Below, one piece after another: positions 9,394 to 17,426 of a stretch of 64,000 bases of DNA; position 1 is the first letter of the stretch, and the number at the start of each line of letters is the position of its first letter. The notes under the pieces are model-generated. The model did no database searches. It was not told the origin of the DNA and saw nothing but the letters and a program-made list of their open reading frames with translations. A program made the position numbers and the translations under genes. The stretch comes from Candidatus Enterosoma merdigallinarum (GTDB taxonomy: Bacteria > Bacillota_I > Bacilli_A > RFN20 > CAG-288): the NCBI GenBank assembly GCA_018714385.1, contig DVNL01000007.1, forward strand, positions 93,657 to 157,656, given 5' to 3'.

Positions 9394-11023
9394 CTTTGCC
9401 TCCTTCCAGGACGTCGTCTTTCTCCGATTCGTCGCTTGTCGTATACGTCCTTTCTTCTTCGATGATGGGACCGTCGATGGCCATGCCTCTCTTCTCGTCG
9501 TAGGTGATACGCGTTCCCTTGGGATGTCTCTTTTCCAGGAATCGCTTGTCTCTTTCGGCCTGCCGCGCCATTTTCTTCGCTTTCCGAAGCCTGCGTTTTG
9601 CCTCCTGGCGTTTCTGATGCCGGAGATTTTCATCGAGGGCTCGGTTGAATTCTTCCTCGACCTCGGGATCCGGTCGGAACATCTTTCGAAGTTCCTCGGC
9701 TTCCGCGACGGCTTTTGCCAGTTGCTTCTTCTGGAGTTCGAGAGTCATCGTTTTGTCCAGGTCTTCCTCGGAAGGATGATAGGTGCTTTCTTTTTCCATG
9801 TTGCGACGGATCTTGGCGAAGGATTCCTGTACGTCGCGCTTTGTGAGGAGAGGGGATTTCGGCAAGCTGTCGTGTTCTTTCTTGGAACCGTTGATGAATT
9901 CCATCGTCTTCCGGTCGTTTGTCTCGAGGAGATTGAGGACTTCCAGATCGTATATCGTCGCCGTGTTGGAAAGAAGCTCGTATTTTTTCGGTGCGCCTTT
10001 GTAAAAGAAGTAGAAAAGTCCGCCGACGATGAGAGGGATATAGAAAGTCATGATGCGCCAGAGAAGGTTCGCGGCAGCGGCGACGTTGTAGCTGTCGGCG
10101 ATGGCGGACAGGGAGAGAAGATAGCTGAAGATGGTCTGGAAACCGATCTCGGGGGCACCGACCACGACGAAGGAAGTGATGAGCTGGAGATAGCTTGCCC
10201 CGGAGAAGAGGGCGGGGAAAGAAAGAGATCGTGTGTCGATTCCGATCGACCAGAAGACGAGATAGGGAAGGGATAGCAAAATGGTCAGCTTGAGGGCGTT
10301 GAAAAGAAGGGCCATCACAACGAGAGGAAGATTCTTCCCGAGGCGTTTGAGCTCGATTCGATAGGTGGCAAACTGCAACGTCCATTTCTTTCTTGATTCA
10401 TCAGGTTTCTTGACAAGATGAATCTTGGAAAGAAAGTCGATTCCTGTGCCCATAAAGAAACGATGCAACGGCTTGAAAAATGCCAAAGCAAGGATGAGGA
10501 CGAGGATGAGAAGGGAGATGGAAAGGCCGATGAGGGACAAAGGGAAGATTTTCAGACCGCCGAGCAGCTCGATGGGGATGTTCCGGACGAAAGGATAGCC
10601 GACGAAGACCGTGACCAGGGAATAGAGGGTGAAGGTGATCTGGTACATGAGAAACTGCATCGTCAGGATGGAGGCGGCATGGGCTCCTTTGACGTCCTGT
10701 TTGGTGAAGGTATAGGCTTGGATGAACATGGCGCCCGTCTTGTAGATGCAGCCGATGAAGTTCCCGATGATCGTGTTGACAAGACCTTGGCTGAAACGAT
10801 AGCGACGATTGTAAAGCCGGGTGAAGAAGGTCAGGACGATGCCATCGAGGACGGGGGTGAGACAGGCCAAAGCCAAGGCCAGGAGGAAAGGGAAAAAGTG
10901 GACCTCTCCAAGGAAGGAGAAGGTTCGGATTGGGTCGTCCTTGAGGACGTAATAGACGGAAAGGGTCGTGACGATAAGGATGACCAGGATTTTGACGATG
11001 TTTTTGCCGGTCTTCTTTTTCAT
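9371..11023 (-). CDS. Flippase-like (LPG-synthase TM / UPF0104, MprF N-terminal-like) membrane protein with about 200-aa charged coiled-coil C-terminal tail
   Basis: About 8 TM helices with the typical K-rich N-terminus (MKKKTGKNIVKILVILIV). The C-terminal third is highly charged (EELRKMFRPDPEVEEEF...RQEAKRRLRKAKKMARQAERDKR). ATG 11023 shares its A with the gltX TGA. Confidence 0.8.
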   Translation of the reverse strand: MKKKTGKNIVKILVILIVTTLSVYYVLKDDPIRTFSFLGEVHFFPFLLALALACLTPVLDGIVLTFFTRLYNRRYRFSQGLVNTIIGNFIGCIYKTGAMFIQAYTFTKQDVKGAHAASILTMQFLMYQITFTLYSLVTVFVGYPFVRNIPIELLGGLKIFPLSLIGLSISLLILVLILALAFFKPLHRFFMGTGIDFLSKIHLVKKPDESRKKWTLQFATYRIELKRLGKNLPLVVMALLFNALKLTILLSLPYLVFWSIGIDTRSLSFPALFSGASYLQLITSFVVVGAPEIGFQTIFSYLLSLSAIADSYNVAAAANLLWRIMTFYIPLIVGGLFYFFYKGAPKKYELLSNTATIYDLEVLNLLETNDRKTMEFINGSKKEHDSLPKSPLLTKRDVQESFAKIRRNMEKESTYHPSEEDLDKTMTLELQKKQLAKAVAEAEELRKMFRPDPEVEEEFNRALDENLRHQKRQEAKRRLRKAKKMARQAERDKRFLEKRHPKGTRITYDEKRGMAIDGPIIEEERTYTTSDESEKDDVLEGGKDENRNLH

Positions 11024-12690
11024 CAAAGCCTATGGATGACCTCGTTTATCCTGCGGCGGATCTCGTCGGCTCCAAGAATCTTCAGCGTGTCGTAGAGCTT
11101 TGGCGTGTTGGTCGAGCCGCTGATTCCTGTCCGGACGATGGCGATGCTGTCGGCATACCATCCGTTGTAGGCTTGGGGATCCTTCTTGTAGACCTTTCTG
11201 TCGTCGGCGAAATTGTGTCTCGTCCCCAAGGCCTTCATGTTTGCAAACCACGTCTCTTCGTCCACGGAAAGATCCAGAGTATCGGAAAAGTCTTGAAGGA
11301 CTTCCTTGATCAAAGCCGTGTCTAGATGGGGGTTGAAGGGGAAGGGATTTTGAAGTGTCTCGTCGAAACAGTCGGGATAGAAGAAGCGTATCTTGGGGAA
11401 GACATCGGAGAACTTTTCATAGTCCTTGCGAGGCTTCTCTTGCTCTCTTTCGATATTGATGATGCTTTCGAAGTAGGAGGGATCCTTTTCGATGAGCTTA
11501 GCCGATTCGCTGGAGAACGTCTTTGCCCAGGCAAGACACTCGGAAGCAAATGTCGTCTTGTCCATGTTGGCCAGGACTTCCTTGGAGATGTTGCTCAGCT
11601 TCGGAAGATCGAACAGGGCCCCGTCGAGCGAGAACTTGTCGAAGGAGAGGTGGAAATCGTCGAGATTGCCTTTGGGGTTTTCCATAAGCCAAGCCTCGAA
11701 GTTGGAGTTGGCGATGGTGAAGAGATATTCGATGATGCCCTTTTTGGGATAGCCTTCCTGGATGAAGAAGGAAGTCGCCGCCTCCTTGTCCTTCCTCTTT
11801 GAGAGCTTTCTTCGGTTTCCCGTCTCCTTGTCATTGACCATGATGACGGGGAGATGGGCGTATTTCGGAGCTTTCCAGCCCATCGTCTCGAAGAGCTCGA
11901 TATGAATGGGAAGGGAGGAAATCCATTCCTCGCCGCGTGTGATCAGAGTGGTCCGCATGAAATGGTCGTCGACAAGGTGGGCAAAGTGGTAGGTCGGCAA
12001 TCCGTCGGACTTGAGAATGACGATATCCTGGTCGTTCTGGCTCAAATCCATGTCGCCGCGGATTTCGTCGTGGACGCGGACATGGTTGAGATGGTTGCCG
12101 CGGCTCTTGAAGCGAATGACATAGGGCTTTCCCGCCTTGATGAGGGCGATCGCCTCATCGAGAGAATAATGACGGCATTTGGCATATTCGCCATAGTATC
12201 CCGGAATGACCTTGTTGGCTTCCTGGACGAGGCGGAGCTCGTCGAGCTCCTCTTTTGTGCAGAAGCAGGGGTAAGCCCGTCCTTTCTTCAGAAGCTCCTT
12301 GATGACGATTTTGTAGATGTCGGCTCTCTTGGACTGTTCGTAGGGACCATAGTTTCCTTCGTCATGATCGCCGAAATAGCCTTCGTCGGCGACGATTCCG
12401 AAGTTCGCCAGCTGATTCACCAAGTCCATTCCCGTGCCTTTCACTTCTCTCTTCTGATCGGTGTCTTCGAGGCGGAAGAAATAGACGCCGTTTGTCTGCT
12501 TGGCGAATTTGTATGCCATCAATGCGGTGAAGAGCGATCCGGTGTGGAGGAAGCCGGTAGGGGAAGGGGCGAATCGCGTCACTTCCGCGCCATCGGGAAG
12601 ATCCCTTTCGGGATATCGCTTTTCAAGATCCTTGACGGTTTCCTTGATGTCCGGGAAGATCAACTCGGCCAAATCTTTGTTCGTTGCCAT
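11023..12690 (-). CDS. gltX: Glutamate--tRNA ligase
   Basis: Class I HIGH region (RFAPSPTGFLHTGSLFTAL), EDTDQKR, and a KMSKS-like KLSKRK. Start taken at ATG 12690 (MATNKD); the ORF-track start at 12738 is a GTG. Confidence 0.9.
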   Translation of the reverse strand: MATNKDLAELIFPDIKETVKDLEKRYPERDLPDGAEVTRFAPSPTGFLHTGSLFTALMAYKFAKQTNGVYFFRLEDTDQKREVKGTGMDLVNQLANFGIVADEGYFGDHDEGNYGPYEQSKRADIYKIVIKELLKKGRAYPCFCTKEELDELRLVQEANKVIPGYYGEYAKCRHYSLDEAIALIKAGKPYVIRFKSRGNHLNHVRVHDEIRGDMDLSQNDQDIVILKSDGLPTYHFAHLVDDHFMRTTLITRGEEWISSLPIHIELFETMGWKAPKYAHLPVIMVNDKETGNRRKLSKRKDKEAATSFFIQEGYPKKGIIEYLFTIANSNFEAWLMENPKGNLDDFHLSFDKFSLDGALFDLPKLSNISKEVLANMDKTTFASECLAWAKTFSSESAKLIEKDPSYFESIINIEREQEKPRKDYEKFSDVFPKIRFFYPDCFDETLQNPFPFNPHLDTALIKEVLQDFSDTLDLSVDEETWFANMKALGTRHNFADDRKVYKKDPQAYNGWYADSIAIVRTGISGSTNTPKLYDTLKILGADEIRRRINEVIHRL

Positions 12691-12758
12691 ATGTGCGTTA
12701 CCTTTCTTGTTGTCTCTTTCGATTTTCGGCGTGTTCACTTATTTTTGGGATACAAATC

Positions 12759-13829
12759 CTATTCGATGGGTTTGATGTAGAAGCGTCCGTAGACTTGGTT
12801 GAGGTCGATGACCGTGATGAAGGAGAGCTTGTCGACAGCCTTTATCAGCTGGATGGCTTTTTTCTTCTCGGAACGGGAGATGACCATGTAGACCATCAGA
12901 TTCCGCCTCCCCGTGAAGGCGCCGCGGCTCTCGACGACGGTGCAAGAATGCGGGAAGGCGCGGATGAGAACGATTGGAAGCGTTTCATTCGTCGTGAATA
13001 TCTGGAGTTCCTGCTTCTTGTTTTTCGTGTTCAGGACGTCGATGACCTTTCCGGACACGAAGAAGTAGACCAGCGTGTACAGAGCCATCGTCACAGTCGG
13101 CGTGAAGTCGGCCGGCAGGGCTTCGCCGGAAGCATCCAGCAACGGGTTGGTATTCAACCCGATGATGGAGAAGATGACGAAGCAGAGGACTGTTATGCTG
13201 TTGCAGATGACGGAATACTGGCCGACGGAAGAAGATTTTTTCTCCGATATGTACATGGAAATGATGTCGATGCCGCCCGAGGAAGTCCCGACCATCAATG
13301 CCAGTCCTGAGGAGAGACCCGTGGTGATGCCGCCGAAGATCGTTCTCGCCAGATTGTCTTCATAGATGTTGACGACTTCGTAAATCCAGGAATCCGGAAT
13401 GACTTGGTTGAAGAGGGAGACGAAGGCGACGTTGATGAGCGTGAAGACGGCAAACTGCTTGGAGATCTTGAACCATGCCAGGAGGAAGAGAGGAATGTTG
13501 ATGACGAAGTAGAAGATGGATATCAGGGTCGTCTCCATCTTTAGTAGATGGACGCCCGGGAACATCTCGATGAATTTGATGATAGCTTGGGCGATACCGG
13601 ACGCACCGCCGGAGATGAGGGCATTTATCGATGTGACAGGCTCGGGCCGCATCCATTCTTCGACGCAGGCGAGGGAAGGGGAGATGAAGGCGCGGAAACC
13701 ATAAGCGAAGATAAAGGCGGAAAGTGCCTCGAGAAAGAATTTGCCTATCCAGATGGACCATGTTTTGACCTTTGGATGGTCAATCAGGAAGGAGCTCGTT
13801 TCATCCTCGGCCTTGCGGAACCATTTCAT
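12759..13829 (-). CDS. YitT-family membrane protein (DUF161 repeats + C-terminal DUF2179)
   Basis: Twin YitT TM repeats (GGASGIAQAI, GGITTGLSSGLAL) and a soluble C-terminal domain. Start at ATG 13829 (MKWF) with AGAGG 8 nt upstream. Confidence 0.85.
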   Translation of the reverse strand: MKWFRKAEDETSSFLIDHPKVKTWSIWIGKFFLEALSAFIFAYGFRAFISPSLACVEEWMRPEPVTSINALISGGASGIAQAIIKFIEMFPGVHLLKMETTLISIFYFVINIPLFLLAWFKISKQFAVFTLINVAFVSLFNQVIPDSWIYEVVNIYEDNLARTIFGGITTGLSSGLALMVGTSSGGIDIISMYISEKKSSSVGQYSVICNSITVLCFVIFSIIGLNTNPLLDASGEALPADFTPTVTMALYTLVYFFVSGKVIDVLNTKNKKQELQIFTTNETLPIVLIRAFPHSCTVVESRGAFTGRRNLMVYMVISRSEKKKAIQLIKAVDKLSFITVIDLNQVYGRFYIKPIE

Positions 13830-14147
13830 GGTTAAAACCTCTTTTAAAAGAAAACTCATATATAATACTAGCTAAAAGCTTACTTAGGAACAAACTTTTT
13901 TGGCAAGTGCATTCGGCTAAAAAAGGAGGGCGACAGAAAAAAATAGAATATAATTTGCATATTGGAAATTATTACTTTCATAATATGACTTTAAATAAAA
14001 ATTTCAAATGAATAAACGCTTCCTAATGAATCTTGAAAAGTGGCTTAAATTTTCAGCTAAGTGATTGTTATCTTGACACATATTGATCGATCCCAAAAAG
14101 CCTTTAAAAAAGAAAATGTCGCAAAAACGCTTCTTTTTGCCTTTTGG

Positions 14148-14177
14148 CTTTTCCGGAAAAGGATAAATAGTTATAAT
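14148..14177 (+). promoter_or_regulatory. galKT promoter region: perfect -10 TATAAT (14172-14177) with a 14-bp palindrome over the -35 position
   Basis: CTTTTCCGGAAAAG (14148-14161) is a perfect palindrome. TATAAT lies 40 nt upstream of the galK ATG. The -35 hexamer itself is poor (TTTTCC). Confidence 0.4.
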
Positions 14178-14216
14178 TTGTTTTGTAAGCAAAATTCATT
14201 TTTAGGAGGAATAAAG

Positions 14217-15380
14217 ATGAATAAAGAGGAGCTGCTCAGCGGGTTCGCCAAAGCCTTTGGAGGAGGCGGCGACATTCGCGGGTATTTCGCGCCGGGACGG
14301 GTCAATCTGATCGGTGAGCATATCGATTACAATGGCGGCCACGTTTTCCCTTGCGCGCTCAATACGGGAAATACCGCTGTCGTTCGACAAAGAGACGACA
14401 GAAAGCTGAGGTCTTTCTCCGCAAATTATCCTCGGCTAGGCATCCTGGAGGCATCGCTGGACGACCTAGTCAAGAGAAACGAAAGCTGGACGAACTATGT
14501 CAAGGGAGTCATCTGGGTTCTGGAAAAGAGGGGAATGCACGTCACGAAGGGATTCGATATCTATATCTATGGCAACATTCCCGGTTCCGGACTCTCTTCT
14601 TCCGCCGCCATGGAAGTCGTCGTGGGAACCATGTTGAAAGATTATTATGGCTTCGATCTCACGCCGGTGGACATCGCGTGCATCGGTCAGGAAGCGGAAA
14701 ATGCTTTCATCGGGATGAACTGCGGCATCATGGACCAGTTCGCCTCGGCAATGGGGAAAAAGGGACAGGCGATTTTCTTGGATACGGCGACGCTTGAGTA
14801 TCAATACGTCCCTCTCCGTTTGGAAGGGTGCAAGATCGTCGTGACGAATTCCAACAAACCGCACAGCCTTGTTTCTTCCCACTATAACGAAAGGCGCCAG
14901 GAATGCGAAAAGGCTCTTTCCGATTTGCAAAAGGCACTTCCTGTTTCGGCGCTTTGCCAGCTGACCCCGGAACAGTTCGAGGCGAACAAATCTCTGATCG
15001 CAGATCCGCTCTGCCGCATGAGGGCAAAGCACGCCGTCTATGAGGAGGACAGGACGAATAAGGCCGTCAAGGCACTTATGGCGAACGACCTTGTCACCTT
15101 TGGGCGCCTGTTGAATGAGTCTGGCGATTCTTTGCGCTATGACTATGATGCGACTTGCCCGGAGATCGACGCTCTCGTCGAGGAAGCCAGAAAGCAAGAG
15201 GGAGTCTACGGCTCTCGCGAGACTGGCGGCGGATGGGGAGGCAATACCGTCTCCATCGTCCGCGAGGATTGCGTCGAGGCGTTCCGGCGAAACGTGACGG
15301 AGGCCTATCGTGAGCGGACGGGACTCCGCTGCTCTGTCTATGAGCTTGAGGTCGGCGATGGCGGAAGGAGAATCTTCTGA
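14217..15380 (+). CDS. galK: Galactokinase
   Basis: GHMP-kinase galactokinase signature APGRVNLIGEHIDYNGGHVFPCAL and PGSGLSSSAA. AGGAGG lies 6 nt upstream of ATG 14217; the ORF-track start at 14061 lies in an AT-rich spacer. Confidence 0.95.
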   Translation: MNKEELLSGFAKAFGGGGDIRGYFAPGRVNLIGEHIDYNGGHVFPCALNTGNTAVVRQRDDRKLRSFSANYPRLGILEASLDDLVKRNESWTNYVKGVIWVLEKRGMHVTKGFDIYIYGNIPGSGLSSSAAMEVVVGTMLKDYYGFDLTPVDIACIGQEAENAFIGMNCGIMDQFASAMGKKGQAIFLDTATLEYQYVPLRLEGCKIVVTNSNKPHSLVSSHYNERRQECEKALSDLQKALPVSALCQLTPEQFEANKSLIADPLCRMRAKHAVYEEDRTNKAVKALMANDLVTFGRLLNESGDSLRYDYDATCPEIDALVEEARKQEGVYGSRETGGGWGGNTVSIVREDCVEAFRRNVTEAYRERTGLRCSVYELEVGDGGRRIF

Positions 15381-16888
15381 TGGACATCAATCGAAGCATC
15401 AAGAAACTTGCCACCTACGCTCTCGAAAAAGGACTGATCACGACGGAAGAGATGTGCTATTCCATCAACCTTCTTTTGGATGTCTTGAATCTGGACGAAT
15501 ACGATGATCCGGAAGAAAGCTATCGGGACGTGGAGCTGGAACCGACGCTTAAGGAAATCCTCGATTATGCCGTCACGAATCATCTCGTGGAAAATGATTC
15601 CGTCGTTTATCGCGACCTCTTCGACACGAAGGTGATGAATTGTTTTGTCCCTCGTCCGCAAAGCGTCATCGATCGTTTTTATGCCCTTGAGAAGGAAGAC
15701 CCGGTGAAGGCGACCGATTGGTATTATGCCTTCTCCGTGGATTCCGACTATGTCCGCGGCTATCGCATCAAGAAAGACGTGCGGTGGAAGACGACAACGC
15801 CGTATGGCGACTTGGATATCACCATCAATTTGTCGAAGCCTGAAAAGGATCCCAAGGCCATCGCCGCTGCCAAGATGATGAAGCAGTCCAGCTACCCGAA
15901 GTGCATGCTTTGCCGGGAGAACGAAGGCTATCGCGGGAGAGTCAACCATCCGGCCAGGGAGACGATTCGGATCATCCCATTGTCTTTGTGCGATGACGCA
16001 TTCTACCTCCAGTATTCTCCCTATTCGTATTACAACGAGCATTGTATTGTCTTTAATCATGACCATATTCCTATGGTTATCAATGAAAAAGCTATTCGCC
16101 ATCTCTTTGCCTTTGTCGAAAGATTCCCCCACTATATGCTTGGCTCAAATGCCGATTTGCCAATCGTCGGAGGGTCGATTCTCACCCATGACCATTACCA
16201 AGGCGGCCGCTATACGTTCCCTATGTTTTGCGCCAAGGAAGTCGCCACGCTTCATTTCGACGGCTATCCCGATATCCGGGCATCCCATCTCTATTGGCCT
16301 CTTTCCGTCATCCGTTTGAAGGGGAAGGATGTCGAAAGGCTCGTCGCGCTTTCCTGCAAGATTATCGATACGTGGCGGAAGTATTCGGATCCCGAATGCT
16401 TCGTCTATGCCAAGACAGAGGACGTTCCACACAACACCGTCACCCCTATCGTCCACAAGGAAGGTGAGGACTTCGTCATCGATCTCGCCTTGCGTAACAA
16501 CATCACGACGGAAGAATATCCTCTCGGCGTCTATCATCCCCATCAGGAATACTGGAACATCAAGAAAGAGAACATCGGCCTCATCGAGGTCATGGGACTT
16601 GCCGTCCTCCCCTCCCGCTTGAAGGAGGAGATGCAGGTGTTGCGGGATCATGTCTTGAAAGGCGAGGATCTTCTTTTCGACGAGCGGACGGAAAAGCATG
16701 CCGCATGGTACGATTCGTTCCGGAAGGCCTATCCGGAAAAAATGGATGGCGATGCCATCGATTCCATGCTCGAAAAGGAAATCGGAAAGACTTTCATGAA
16801 AGTCCTGGAATGCGCCGGCGTCTACAAGCAGGACGAGAAAGGCCATGAAGGACTTCTTCGATTTGTCAAGGCCGTCAACGAAGGCTAA
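15380..16888 (+). CDS. galT: UDP-glucose--hexose-1-phosphate uridylyltransferase (type 2, long Firmicutes form)
   Basis: 502-aa GalT family-2 architecture (ILTHDHYQGG active-site region). Its ATG shares one nucleotide with the galK TGA. Confidence 0.93.
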   Translation: MDINRSIKKLATYALEKGLITTEEMCYSINLLLDVLNLDEYDDPEESYRDVELEPTLKEILDYAVTNHLVENDSVVYRDLFDTKVMNCFVPRPQSVIDRFYALEKEDPVKATDWYYAFSVDSDYVRGYRIKKDVRWKTTTPYGDLDITINLSKPEKDPKAIAAAKMMKQSSYPKCMLCRENEGYRGRVNHPARETIRIIPLSLCDDAFYLQYSPYSYYNEHCIVFNHDHIPMVINEKAIRHLFAFVERFPHYMLGSNADLPIVGGSILTHDHYQGGRYTFPMFCAKEVATLHFDGYPDIRASHLYWPLSVIRLKGKDVERLVALSCKIIDTWRKYSDPECFVYAKTEDVPHNTVTPIVHKEGEDFVIDLALRNNITTEEYPLGVYHPHQEYWNIKKENIGLIEVMGLAVLPSRLKEEMQVLRDHVLKGEDLLFDERTEKHAAWYDSFRKAYPEKMDGDAIDSMLEKEIGKTFMKVLECAGVYKQDEKGHEGLLRFVKAVNEG

Positions 16889-16923
16889 GGACATCCCCGA
16901 GATTGACTGTCGGAGACAGCGGC

Positions 16924-16953
16924 AAAAGAAAAGGTGGGCAAGCCCACCTTTTT
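16924..16953. terminator. Bidirectional terminator between galT and the NrdD-like small gene
   Basis: GGTGGG caag CCCACC, flanked by AAAAGAAAA and TTTTT. Confidence 0.75.
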
Positions 16954-16958
16954 CAGAT

Positions 16959-17255
16959 TCATTCGTGGTCCGAGACAAGTTGTGAAGCGTCGGAATAGCG
17001 GTTGTGCTTCACCCTGTCGTTGACCTCGGCCTTCTTGGCGTTGTTGAAGCGGTCGAGGGTGCCGACGAGATATCCGGTGATGCGGCGGATCCTCTCGAAG
17101 TCGGCTTCCCGGAAATGATAGTGGCAGTCCAGATATTCCCCGTTGGCTTCTATCTCGAGGGACGTGATTTCCTTGCCCGGGTTCTTGGCCTTGATTTCCC
17201 GGATGCATTTTTCTTTTTCTTCCTCTGTGATATTGCCGATGACTTTGATCTCCAT
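16959..17255 (-). CDS. Small protein with NrdD-type glycyl-radical C-terminal domain (stand-alone)
   Basis: 98 aa from ATG 17255, with GGGAGG 8 nt upstream. The C-terminus RRITGYLVGTLDRFNNAKKAEVNDRVKH matches my recollection of the class III RNR (NrdD) glycyl-radical tail (RRVCGYLGSPDARPFNAGKQEEVKRRVKH in E. coli). No catalytic barrel is present. Confidence 0.65.
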   Translation of the reverse strand: MEIKVIGNITEEEKEKCIREIKAKNPGKEITSLEIEANGEYLDCHYHFREADFERIRRITGYLVGTLDRFNNAKKAEVNDRVKHNRYSDASQLVSDHE

Positions 17256-17409
17256 GGATTTGATCCTCCCGATGGAAATTATAGTTTCTTTTTTCCGGGT
17301 GTGTTGCAGGATGCTCACACTTCTTCCTGCAGGCTTTTCCGGCCGCTTCGAAGAGGCTTTCGCTTAAGCGAAAAGCGGCGTTTATTTCGAGTTATTTCAA
17401 CCTTGATTG

Positions 17410-17418
17410 TGATATACT
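17410..17418 (+). promoter_or_regulatory. Extended -10 element 8 nt upstream of the ftsK ATG (leaderless candidate)
   Basis: TGaTATACT, then ttctttat, then ATG 17427. No SD in between. Confidence 0.4.
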
Positions 17419-17426
17419 TTCTTTAT

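Noticed and set aside
13772-14192. Short ORFs 13772-14011 (+, 79 aa) and 14004-14192 (-, 62 aa) in the AT-rich spacer between the YitT-family gene and galK.
   Set aside because: No SD. Lys/Asn/Phe/Ile-rich composition typical of AT-rich non-coding DNA. They overlap the yitT 5' end and the gal promoter region.
14184-14198. Possible catabolite-responsive element (cre) TGTAAGCAAAATTCA between the galK -10 and SD.
   Set aside because: Only the left half (TGTAAGC) matches the TGWAANCGNTNWCA-type consensus. The right half has no dyad symmetry.
17004-17426. ORF-track N-terminal extensions of real genes: FtsK from 17004, GT4 to 9633, galK from 14061, HAD from 53212, RNase III to 49395, RecG to 52383, and others.
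   Set aside because: The extensions overlap neighbouring genes or spacers, start at non-ATG codons or lack SDs, and the conserved protein N-termini begin at internal ATGs with good SDs or ATGA coupling.
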